From an uncultured Syntrophaceae bacterium (GTDB lineage Bacteria > Desulfobacterota > Syntrophia > Syntrophales > UBA2185): 64,000 nt of DNA. Position 1 is the first letter of the stretch. Every line of letters starts with the position of its first letter. The notes under the pieces were generated by a model. That model did no database searches and was not told the DNA's origin. It was given only the letters and a program-made list of their open reading frames with translations. The stretch covers positions 41,533 through 105,532 of the forward strand of contig CAZIQY010000001.1 in assembly GCA_964541605.1 (NCBI GenBank). Direction: 5' to 3'. The position numbers were made by a program, and so were the translations under genes. Positions 50,022 through 58,209 of the stretch are shown here, piece after piece.

Positions 50022-52806
50022 CCTTTTCGGTAGTCCAGAAACAAAAGCCAAATTAGCAAGGCGGATCGAATGTCTCGGCATGACATTCACGAATGACGAG
50101 AAGCGGCGGAAGCACTTCCTGGAGAAACTGAGTGAAAAGCTCAAGTACCCCGATTTTCGCAAGATCGAGGGATTCCCCATCGGCTCGGAAGAGGACATCC
50201 TGGCGCTCTCCGACCCGCCATACTACACAGCCTGCCCGAATCCCTTCATCGCGGATTTCATCAAGCACTATGGCAAGCCCTTCGACCCGAGCATACCTTA
50301 CAGCCGCGAGCCGTTCGCCGCGGATGTGAGCGAGGGTAAGAACGACCCGATCTACAATGCACACTCCTACCATACCAAGGTGCCTCACAAGGCCATCATG
50401 CGGTACATACTCCATTACACCGAGCCGGGTGATGTGGTCTTCGATGGATTTTGTGGGACCGGAATGGCAGGAGTAGCCGCGCAGCTTTGCGGTGACCGAA
50501 GTGCAATTGCATCTCTCGGCTATACACTAACTGAGGATGGAAGCATCATAGATGAGGACAAGCAGACGATCTCTCAATGTGGGGCCCGAGTTCCTATCCT
50601 GAACGACCTCTCGCCCGCTGCAACATTAATAGCCGCTGGTTACAATTTGACAACGGATTCGAAGGGGTTCGCACAATTTGCCAGGAAGCTTCTGGACAAA
50701 TTCAACCGCGAATACGGATGGATGTATGAGACGCGGGATCACAAGACAGGCGCGACTTGTCCGATTGACTTCACCATCTGGTCGGACATCTTTTCCTGTC
50801 CCCATTGCGCCGGAGAATTGGAGTTCTGGGACTTGGCCTATGATGAGGCATCAGGAACGATTGAAGATCAGCCCACTTGTCCACATTGCTCGGCTGAGGT
50901 TTCCAAGCGCGATCTCGTCAGACTCACAACCACCTACTACGACAAGGCGTTAAAAGCGACCCGGACACGTCAGGTCTTGCGTCCGGTAGAGATTCGATAC
51001 CAGCACCAGGGAGCGAAGAAGAGCAAGAAACCCGACAAGGACGATTTCGCCTCCCTTGAGAAAATCGAAAGACTGATCGAGTCCATCGAGTACCCGACAG
51101 AATTGATGATGTTTGTGCCGGAGGGAGAGGAATGGGGTGACCTCTATCGCGGATATCACGAGGGGATCAGCCGAGCACACGATTTTCATCTGCCGCGCCA
51201 GCTCGTCGCGTTTTCTCTGTTGTGGCAAATGGCTGATGACCTGCCCAAGGAGGAGATGAAGCGGCTCTGGCGGTTTACGTTGCAAGGCATTGTTGTGAGC
51301 TTCACGCGCAGGAACCGGTTTCGCGAGAAGGCATACTCTCAAGTAAACACGAACCTCAGTGGCACACTGTATATCGGCTCAAGAGTCAGTGAACCGAGCC
51401 CAACCTATGTATTGACCGGCAAGATCAAGAGATTTGGCAATGCGATTCCAAAGGGTGGCTCTGCGGTAGCTATAACCACGCAGTCTCTCGCCTCCGTGCT
51501 GATCCCGGATAGCTCAGTTGATTACGTGTTCATCGATCCGCCCTTCGGCGACAACTTGCCCTACGCCGAGCTGAATTTCCTGTGGGAGGCTTGGCTCCGC
51601 GTATTCACGAACTCGGGGCAGGATACCGTTGTCAGCGGCAAGCAGCGGAAAGATCTGGCTGTCTACACAAACATGATGACGGATTGCCTGAAACAGGTCT
51701 ATCGCGTCCTCAAGCCAGGCCGGTGGGTTACGGTTGAGTTTCACAATTCCAAGAACGCTGTTTGGACCGCGATACAGGAGGCTATGGGGCGCGCCGGTTT
51801 CATCATCGCTGATGTCAGTGTGCTCGATAAGGGGATGAAGACCAAGAAGCAGATGCATGCCAAGGCAGTCGACAAGGACCTTGTAATCTCCGCCTACAAA
51901 CCGAACGGCGGTCTCGAAAAGCGATTCCAACTCCAGGCTGGAACCGAAGAAGGGGTTTGGGATTTCATTCGAACCCATCTGCATCAGCTTCCGGTTTTCC
52001 TCAAGAAGGATGGGCGTGCTCAGGTCATCGCAGAAAGACAGCAGGTTCTGTTGTTTGACAGGATGGTCGCCTTCCACGTCCAGCGCGGCGTAACCGTTCC
52101 TCTGTCCGCGGCGGAGTTCTATGCCGGACTTGTCCAGCGGTTCTCCGAGCGGGATGGGATGTACTTCCTCCCCGAGCAGGTGGCCGAGTACGACAAGAAG
52201 CGCATGACCGTCCGAGAGGTTCTGCAGATCCTGCTCTTTGTCACTGACGAGTCCTCCGCGATTCAGTGGCTTCGACAGCAGCTCCTGAGAAAGCCCCAAA
52301 CGGCAGGTGAGTTGAAGCCCCAGTTCATGCAGGAAATCGGAGGATGGCAGAAAACCGAGAAGCTGCTCGAACTCGATGAACTGCTTGATCAGAACTTCCT
52401 ACGTTACGATGGCAAGGGCGAAGTGCCGAACCAGATTCACAGCTATCTGTCCACCAACTTCAAGGAGCTGCGCAACCTGCCGAAGGACGACGAAGGTCTC
52501 CGCGGCAAAGGCAAGGACCGATGGTACGTGCCAGACCCGAACAAGGCCGGCGACCTGGAGAAGATGCGCGAGAGGTCGCTGCTCAAAGAGTTCGAGGACT
52601 ATCGGACATCCAGCCAGAAGCGCCTGAAGGTGTTCCGCCTCGAGGCCGTCCGCGCTGGCTTCAAAAAGGCATGGCAGGACAAAACGGAAGAGGGTTACCG
52701 CACTATCATCGAGGTAGCAAAGAAGATCCCGGAAAACGTACTCCAAGAAGACCCAAAACTTCTAATGTGGTACGACCAAGCGCTCACCCGCGCGAGGGAG
52801 GAATGA
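50011..52806 (+). CDS. pglXI: BREX type 3 DNA methyltransferase PglXI-like (N6_N4_Mtase family)
   Basis: 931 aa. DPPY (SDPPYYTACPNPF) followed by the AdoMet motif VFDGFCGTGMAG, a CxxC...CxxC insert, and a second catalytic-type FIDPPFG. It belongs to the ParB-less N6/N4 methylase class used by type 3 BREX rather than the PglX class. Confidence 0.8.
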   Translation: MMDDLFGSPETKAKLARRIECLGMTFTNDEKRRKHFLEKLSEKLKYPDFRKIEGFPIGSEEDILALSDPPYYTACPNPFIADFIKHYGKPFDPSIPYSREPFAADVSEGKNDPIYNAHSYHTKVPHKAIMRYILHYTEPGDVVFDGFCGTGMAGVAAQLCGDRSAIASLGYTLTEDGSIIDEDKQTISQCGARVPILNDLSPAATLIAAGYNLTTDSKGFAQFARKLLDKFNREYGWMYETRDHKTGATCPIDFTIWSDIFSCPHCAGELEFWDLAYDEASGTIEDQPTCPHCSAEVSKRDLVRLTTTYYDKALKATRTRQVLRPVEIRYQHQGAKKSKKPDKDDFASLEKIERLIESIEYPTELMMFVPEGEEWGDLYRGYHEGISRAHDFHLPRQLVAFSLLWQMADDLPKEEMKRLWRFTLQGIVVSFTRRNRFREKAYSQVNTNLSGTLYIGSRVSEPSPTYVLTGKIKRFGNAIPKGGSAVAITTQSLASVLIPDSSVDYVFIDPPFGDNLPYAELNFLWEAWLRVFTNSGQDTVVSGKQRKDLAVYTNMMTDCLKQVYRVLKPGRWVTVEFHNSKNAVWTAIQEAMGRAGFIIADVSVLDKGMKTKKQMHAKAVDKDLVISAYKPNGGLEKRFQLQAGTEEGVWDFIRTHLHQLPVFLKKDGRAQVIAERQQVLLFDRMVAFHVQRGVTVPLSAAEFYAGLVQRFSERDGMYFLPEQVAEYDKKRMTVREVLQILLFVTDESSAIQWLRQQLLRKPQTAGELKPQFMQEIGGWQKTEKLLELDELLDQNFLRYDGKGEVPNQIHSYLSTNFKELRNLPKDDEGLRGKGKDRWYVPDPNKAGDLEKMRERSLLKEFEDYRTSSQKRLKVFRLEAVRAGFKKAWQDKTEEGYRTIIEVAKKIPENVLQEDPKLLMWYDQALTRAREE

Positions 52807-52809
52807 GCG

Positions 52810-53769
52810 ATGCCGAATCGAACCGTGCAGCCTGTCCACTTTGAGGACTTCGATGGCCATCAGTTTGAGCGCCTCGTATTCGCTTATTTGCTCAGAACGG
52901 ACAACTGGCTGTCACTTGAGTGGTATGGGCAGACAGGAAGCGATTCAGGAAGAGACATCTGGGGCATCAGGGAACGGGACGGGCATCCCCAAGGGCAGAA
53001 GGTTTGTATCCAATGTGCCAATCAGAAGTCACTTACGTACATGAAAGTACAGGAAGATTTTGAGAAGATTCTTAGCGGGCCTAACGGGAAGCCGGATACT
53101 TTTATTGTCGTTGCTGGCGGAACGGTGTCGGCAACGCTGAGAGATAAAACCAAGAAACTTTGTGAAAAGAAACAGGTCTATACGAGCGAGATTTGGTCCG
53201 GGAAGGAATTTGAAGAGCGGCTAAGAGCAAAGGCTGAGTCTTTGTTAAAACGGTTCATTGGAGGAGAGGAGTTTCCGGACGTTCCAGCTGACATTCGTGA
53301 CTTCGCGGAAGCGATCACTCCCCAGTCCGATGATGAGATTCTCGCTTTGATGGCCGGGCTCTTTGACAGGCCCGCCTTTTCTACCCCGTTCCATCAAGAG
53401 AGTTCAATTCCAGCTTTCAAAAAAGCGATCACCGACACGATTGAAGCTCTGAACACCGGAATACACCGCCTTAGAGATGGAACAGAAATCCGTCGCATTC
53501 CAAGCAGGCACGCAATCCAATCAGTGGAGACCAAGAGGACATTGTCACATATTGAACGAATGCTCAGTGAACTCCGTGCCAAATACGATGAAAGCATCAA
53601 GACTGGAGAAATCCGCCCGTGTGGCTGCAATGTTCCAGACTGCCCTGTCTTTTTTGTTTCCTCTCGCGCAGCTAACGAAATAGACCGCCTGCGTGAAGAA
53701 ATACTGGGAACTTTTCGCAGGCTATATCCTGCTTTCGATGTAAGGCTTGGTTGGAGGCACTGGTGCTAA
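52810..53769 (+). CDS. uncharacterised protein with N-terminal Mrr-like PD-(D/E)xK nuclease signature
   Basis: 319 aa. FE.LV...L followed by GSDSGRDIWG and VCIQCANQK resembles the Mrr_cat pattern (D.G.D ... Q.K). The C-terminal ~150 aa have no motif I recognise. Only a 3-nt gap separates it from pglXI. Confidence 0.45.
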   Translation: MPNRTVQPVHFEDFDGHQFERLVFAYLLRTDNWLSLEWYGQTGSDSGRDIWGIRERDGHPQGQKVCIQCANQKSLTYMKVQEDFEKILSGPNGKPDTFIVVAGGTVSATLRDKTKKLCEKKQVYTSEIWSGKEFEERLRAKAESLLKRFIGGEEFPDVPADIRDFAEAITPQSDDEILALMAGLFDRPAFSTPFHQESSIPAFKKAITDTIEALNTGIHRLRDGTEIRRIPSRHAIQSVETKRTLSHIERMLSELRAKYDESIKTGEIRPCGCNVPDCPVFFVSSRAANEIDRLREEILGTFRRLYPAFDVRLGWRHWC

Positions 53770-53975
53770 TGGGCGATTGGTACTACAGCCCGGACCACGG
53801 GCAGCTATGTCAGGTCATCGACTCTCAGACTCTCTGGAGTGAGACGACCTGCCGGGTGTGGCTGCCATGGTGCAAACGAAATACCAAGCACCTGAAGGGC
53901 AGCCGCATTGAGGCGGCCTGCCCCGGACTCGAGAATGCTTGGCAGAAGGGCGGCAGCCATGAGCAACTGGCGTGA
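53769..53975 (+). CDS. small hypothetical ORF (68 aa), translationally coupled on both sides
   Basis: The ATG overlaps the upstream stop (TAATG), and the 3' end overlaps the pglZ start by 17 nt. MGDWYYSPDHGQLCQVIDSQTLWSETTCRVWLP looks like a small beta (SH3/Tudor-like) module. The remainder is basic and low-complexity. Confidence 0.35.
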   Translation: MGDWYYSPDHGQLCQVIDSQTLWSETTCRVWLPWCKRNTKHLKGSRIEAACPGLENAWQKGGSHEQLA

Positions 53976-55965
53976 TCAGATTCTCAAGGAATTTGCACCG
54001 CAAGTTTCTCGGCTTACCCTGGTGGCAGACCCGGATGGGCTGCTGTTGGAGGAAGGTATACTGGAGGGCATCCGGGAACGGGGATTCGAGCTCATTCCTT
54101 TTGAAGACCCTGTCGCTTTTCGCTATGCCTACGAATCCGGATTCCGTTCGCGATGGGATTGCGGAGAACAAGAACAGACCGACCTTGTGGTAGTGTTGCG
54201 ATCCCAGACCAGCGACCTTAGCACATTGCCCTTCGATTTGCTTCAGGCGGGTCGCAAGCTGTCTTTCAATCTTGGCGACATCTTTCCCACTCTCAGTTAT
54301 CCCATCATTACTGCCCTGGATCGCGGCGATCTTGACGCCTTGTACAAAGCCCAGAGACGCCATATGCCCGGTCAGCTCGGCGATAACGCCACCAAGGAGT
54401 TCGTCCTTAGGCATGTTTTTGAAATCGCGGTGGAACTCATCAAGGAGCCATCCGATCTGCTGAGGGTACTCCTGCGCCGTCACTACCGCGGACAGTGTAT
54501 ACCCGGGGTTCTCGACGACCGCTTTATCCAGATTCTCCGGCAAACTGACAGCTTCGCCGGGTGGCCTCTGGAGAGAATCGTTCCGGATCGGGAAGCTTTT
54601 TTGTCCTTCCTACAAGAACGCTGGCCATTGTTCCTGAACCGGGGGCATGTTCAGGACACCCAGACCGGTGTAGAAGAATATGCCGGATACATCTTCCAGA
54701 TACCGGGACCGCCGGATCTGCCGTTTGATCACCATGATGTCCGCGTTTACATGGACACCTTCTTTCTTGAAGGTCTTCTGCACCCGGTCACCCACGAACA
54801 GGCGGGAATGATCGCCAAGACCTGGGCCGGTATCGGTGTCCGAACCGACTTTGCCGGAGATCGAACGCGTCGTCTGGAAAAGCTGCTTGCCGGCATCCGC
54901 ACTGCTATTCCGGCTGAGGATGTTCGCTATGGAGAGTGGTTATTATTTGCCCGCGGTTGGGCGGAGTTGATCGTCATTGCCCATGAGGCGCCCGCTGATA
55001 TCAAAACCGAGCAAGGAATCAAAGAAATTCAGACCCACGTTGACCATGCCTTCACTTCCTGGTTGACCCGGAGGTTCGCCGGGCTGATCAACCTGCCTCC
55101 TGCGCCGCCGGTCATGCTCCATCATCTGCCCCGATACCTAGCGCGCCAGGTGATTGAGGACAAAACGTTCAAGGCCGCTCTCTTGGTGATTGACGGGCTG
55201 GCCTTGGACCAGTGGATCGTGGTGCGTAAAATAATTGCGTCCCAGCGGCCCATGATCCGCTTCCGGGAAAACGTTGTATTTGCCTGGGTTCCGACACTCA
55301 CCTCGGTCTCCCGGCAAGCCCTCTTCGCCGGCAAGCCGCCGATTTTCTTTCCGAACAGCATCCTGACGACCGAGAAGGAATCTGCCTTGTGGTCACAGTT
55401 CTGGGCAGATCAAGGACTGACGCCGAACGAGATCGCCTACGCCAAGGGATTTGGTGACGGAAGCTTGGCCCATCTCGAAGAGATGCTTACTCATCCCAGA
55501 ATCAGGGTGGCGGGGCTGGTCATAGACAAGGTTGATAGAATCATGCACGGCATGGAACTGGGCACGGCGGGCATGCACAACCAGGCGCGTCAATGGGCGG
55601 AACAGTCTTACCTGGCCTCTCTTCTTGACCTGCTCCTCGACCGGGGATTCCTGGTTTTTCTGACATCAGATCACGGAAACATTGAAGCAGAAGGTTGTGG
55701 ACGTCCCTCGGAAGGGGCAGTCGCCGACCTGCGCGGCGAACGGGTCCGCATCTATTCCGATCCGCTTCTGAGGAAAAAGGTCGGAGATCGATTTCCGGAC
55801 GCGGTGGAATGGCCGCCCATTGGGTTGCCGAATGATTATCTACCCTTACTGGCACCCTCTCGAAAAGCGTTCGTTCGTGAAAAAGAACGTCTCGTCAGTC
55901 ACGGTGGGATATCCATAGAGGAAGTCATCGTTCCTCTTGTTCAAATAGAGAAGAAGTCCGTATGA
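53959..55965 (+). CDS. pglZ: BREX alkaline-phosphatase-superfamily protein PglZ
   Basis: The start is taken at MSNWRDQILKEF (53959). N-terminus L.LV.DPDGLLLEE.IL..I...GFELI.FEDPVAFRY.YE. PglZ domain with VIDGLALDQW and LTSDHGNIEA. Confidence 0.88.
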   Translation: MSNWRDQILKEFAPQVSRLTLVADPDGLLLEEGILEGIRERGFELIPFEDPVAFRYAYESGFRSRWDCGEQEQTDLVVVLRSQTSDLSTLPFDLLQAGRKLSFNLGDIFPTLSYPIITALDRGDLDALYKAQRRHMPGQLGDNATKEFVLRHVFEIAVELIKEPSDLLRVLLRRHYRGQCIPGVLDDRFIQILRQTDSFAGWPLERIVPDREAFLSFLQERWPLFLNRGHVQDTQTGVEEYAGYIFQIPGPPDLPFDHHDVRVYMDTFFLEGLLHPVTHEQAGMIAKTWAGIGVRTDFAGDRTRRLEKLLAGIRTAIPAEDVRYGEWLLFARGWAELIVIAHEAPADIKTEQGIKEIQTHVDHAFTSWLTRRFAGLINLPPAPPVMLHHLPRYLARQVIEDKTFKAALLVIDGLALDQWIVVRKIIASQRPMIRFRENVVFAWVPTLTSVSRQALFAGKPPIFFPNSILTTEKESALWSQFWADQGLTPNEIAYAKGFGDGSLAHLEEMLTHPRIRVAGLVIDKVDRIMHGMELGTAGMHNQARQWAEQSYLASLLDLLLDRGFLVFLTSDHGNIEAEGCGRPSEGAVADLRGERVRIYSDPLLRKKVGDRFPDAVEWPPIGLPNDYLPLLAPSRKAFVREKERLVSHGGISIEEVIVPLVQIEKKSV

Positions 55966-56720
55966 AACCCAAGAGTCGGATACAGCAGATCGGCATTGAC
56001 AGGATCGTTCGCCTGGAATGGTTGGAACGAACGGCTCAACTTGCTTTGGCCGTCAATCAGCCAAGCACAGTCAAGCAAAGCATGTTGGAAATTTTAGCGA
56101 CCAGTTTTCCAACATCCAACCCATCTGTCCGGGGGTCACTTGCCAAAACGGTAACTATTTTGATGAATGTCTGGTTATCCGGACCAAAGGAAATTGCCGA
56201 TTTGAGGAAAGTCGGATTGGAGTTGCTGCGCATAAAGTCGGGCGGAGATCGTCTGGCGATACATTGGGCTATGCTTATGGCAACTTATCCCTTCTGGGGC
56301 GCTGTAGCAGGCCAGGCAGGACGGCTGCTGAGGCTTCAGGAAACCATCACCGCGGAACAGGTTCAGCGCCGCATCTGCGAACAGTACGGCAAGCGGGAAT
56401 CCGTTTTCAGAAGGGTTCGTTACGTCCTCAGATCTTTTATTGCCTGGGGGGTGCTGCAGGAAACCGAAACAAAAGGCATCTATCGTCGTGGGTTGTCCTT
56501 ATCTATTGACGATCCCCAACTTATCGCATGGGTGATTGAGGCTGCCCTTCATGCGAACCCCAACGGCTCGACAAGATTCACAGACCTTCTGGAGAGCACA
56601 AGCCTATTCCCGTTTCGTCTTGTGACGATTTCCGCGGAACAACTGACCGCAACATCACCCCGCCTGGATCTCTTTCGTCACGGCATGGATGAAGTCCTCG
56701 TAATGTTGCGTAAAAAGTAA
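55962..56720 (+). CDS. BrxA-like (DUF1819-like) terminal BREX protein
   Basis: 252 aa helical protein. Its ATG overlaps the pglZ stop (ATGA). The assignment rests mainly on its position as the last gene of a type 3 locus. I cannot verify the sequence-level similarity. Confidence 0.45.
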   Translation: MKPKSRIQQIGIDRIVRLEWLERTAQLALAVNQPSTVKQSMLEILATSFPTSNPSVRGSLAKTVTILMNVWLSGPKEIADLRKVGLELLRIKSGGDRLAIHWAMLMATYPFWGAVAGQAGRLLRLQETITAEQVQRRICEQYGKRESVFRRVRYVLRSFIAWGVLQETETKGIYRRGLSLSIDDPQLIAWVIEAALHANPNGSTRFTDLLESTSLFPFRLVTISAEQLTATSPRLDLFRHGMDEVLVMLRKK

Positions 56721-56750
56721 AATATTTAAGAATAATCTCTGGGAGAATTG

Positions 56751-56781
56751 ATAAAAGATTGGAGCGGGCGATGGGAGTCGA
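56751..56781. repeat. attR-like direct repeat (tRNA-Gly 3' 22 nt plus 9 nt downstream)
   Basis: Identical 31-mer to 41617-41647. It overlaps the T-arm, acceptor stem and CCA of the intact tRNA. Confidence 0.85.
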
Positions 56782-56834
56782 ACCCACGACGTCCAGCTTG
56801 GGAAGCTGACATTCTACCGCTGAATTACGCCCGC
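56760..56834 (-). tRNA. tRNA-Gly (anticodon CCC)
   Basis: The minus strand reads GCGGGCGTAATTCAGCGGTAGAATGTCAGCTTCCCAAGCTGGACGTCGTGGGTTCGACTCCCATCGCCCGCTCCA. I folded it by hand: 7-bp acceptor stem, D arm ATTC/GAAT, anticodon stem TCAGC/GCTGG with loop TTCCCAA, T arm GTGGG/CCCAT with TTCGACT, and an encoded CCA. Confidence 0.93.
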
Positions 56835-56906
56835 TCATAGAGAACAATCAAGACAATTTGCATGGATACAAATTCGGGAACCATCTTAATCAACAGATAC
56901 TTTTTG

Positions 56907-58208
56907 TCAAGGGTTTTTTCGCCCGAGTCTTATGGCTACCGACTTCCCATGGGCATCCAGACCTTCCATTTCTGCAAACCGCAGCGCATGAAAGCCATAC
57001 CTTCGCAGGGCTTCATCCGAAAAATTAAGCACACTGGTCCGCTTCACGAAGTCGTATACTCCCAGAGGAGAGGAAAATCTTGCCGTTCCTCCTGTGGGAA
57101 GAATATGGTTGGGACCTGCAATATAATCTCCCAACACTTCCGGGGTATTGTGACCGAGGAACACCGCCCCTGCATGTCTGATCTTGTCCAGTATTTCCCA
57201 TGGGTTTTCAACCATCAATTCGAGATGCTCCGGGGCAAACCGGTTGGCTATCTGAACAGCTTCCTCTATATTCCGGGTCAAAACAATGGCCCCAAATGCC
57301 TCCAGAGAAAGCTCGACAATGGATCTCCTGCACAGTGTTTCCATCTGGGCATTCACCTCGGACAACACCTCTCCGGCTAATCCCTCATCCGGTGTCAGCA
57401 GAACGGCGCTGGCCATTTCATCATGCTCCGCCTGGGCGAGGAGATCGGCGGCGACATGATCCGCCGCAGCTGTTTTATCGGCAATCACCACAATCTCGCT
57501 GGGACCGGCAATCATATCGATGGCGACCCGGCCGTAAACCATTTTTTTTGCTGCGGCGACATAGGCATTGCCGGGTCCGACAATCTTCTCCACCCCTGGA
57601 ATCGATTCCGTCCCATAGGCCAGCGCCGCTATCGCCTGGGCGCCGCCGATTTTGAAGATGCGCGTTACACCGCTCAGTTTTGCAGCAGCGATTACAAGAG
57701 GGTTTACCAGCCCATCCCGGGATGGCGGCGTCACCAGAACAATATCTCGCACACCCGCAATCTTCGCAGGAACAGCGGCCATAATCACCGTGGACGGATA
57801 GCTGGCAAGACCGCCGGGAGCATAGATTCCCACGCGCTCCAGCGGCAATATGCGCTGCCCCAGTTTGACGCCTTCTTCATCCGAGAAAATCCCACCCCTG
57901 ATTTCCTGTTTACGGTGAAACATCTCAATCCGTTCCGCGGCCACCTTGAGAACGTTCAGATCCTCGTTTCCGACCCGGCCCAGAGCCTGTCCGGTTTCTT
58001 CGGCAGAAACAGCTACTGTATCAGTGTTCAGGGTGCACCCGTCGAATTTTTCGGTATATTCAAAGAGGGCCTGATCTTTCCTTACGGCGACATCTTCGAC
58101 AATGCCTTTGACAACCGACCAGATTTTTTCATCAAAAACATTGCCGCGCTGTTTGATCCTCCGGAACACTTCTTCAAAAAGCGCATCCGTCGTGCGAATA
58201 ATGTTCAT
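56907..58208 (-). CDS. hisD: histidinol dehydrogenase
   Basis: 433 aa. Motifs YAPGG.A.YPS, IAGPSE and AQAEHD, with C-terminal His/Glu zinc ligands. Confidence 0.96.
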   Translation of the reverse strand: MNIIRTTDALFEEVFRRIKQRGNVFDEKIWSVVKGIVEDVAVRKDQALFEYTEKFDGCTLNTDTVAVSAEETGQALGRVGNEDLNVLKVAAERIEMFHRKQEIRGGIFSDEEGVKLGQRILPLERVGIYAPGGLASYPSTVIMAAVPAKIAGVRDIVLVTPPSRDGLVNPLVIAAAKLSGVTRIFKIGGAQAIAALAYGTESIPGVEKIVGPGNAYVAAAKKMVYGRVAIDMIAGPSEIVVIADKTAAADHVAADLLAQAEHDEMASAVLLTPDEGLAGEVLSEVNAQMETLCRRSIVELSLEAFGAIVLTRNIEEAVQIANRFAPEHLELMVENPWEILDKIRHAGAVFLGHNTPEVLGDYIAGPNHILPTGGTARFSSPLGVYDFVKRTSVLNFSDEALRRYGFHALRFAEMEGLDAHGKSVAIRLGRKNP

Positions 58209-58209
58209 G

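Larger units (their letters stand above)
41617..56781 (+). mobile_element. tRNA-Gly-associated genomic (defence) island, ~15.1 kb, integrase-less
   Basis: Bounded by the perfect 31-bp direct repeat. All island genes are on the plus strand, while both flanks are minus-strand housekeeping operons. The content is exclusively defence-type genes. No recombinase ORF is present. Confidence 0.75.
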
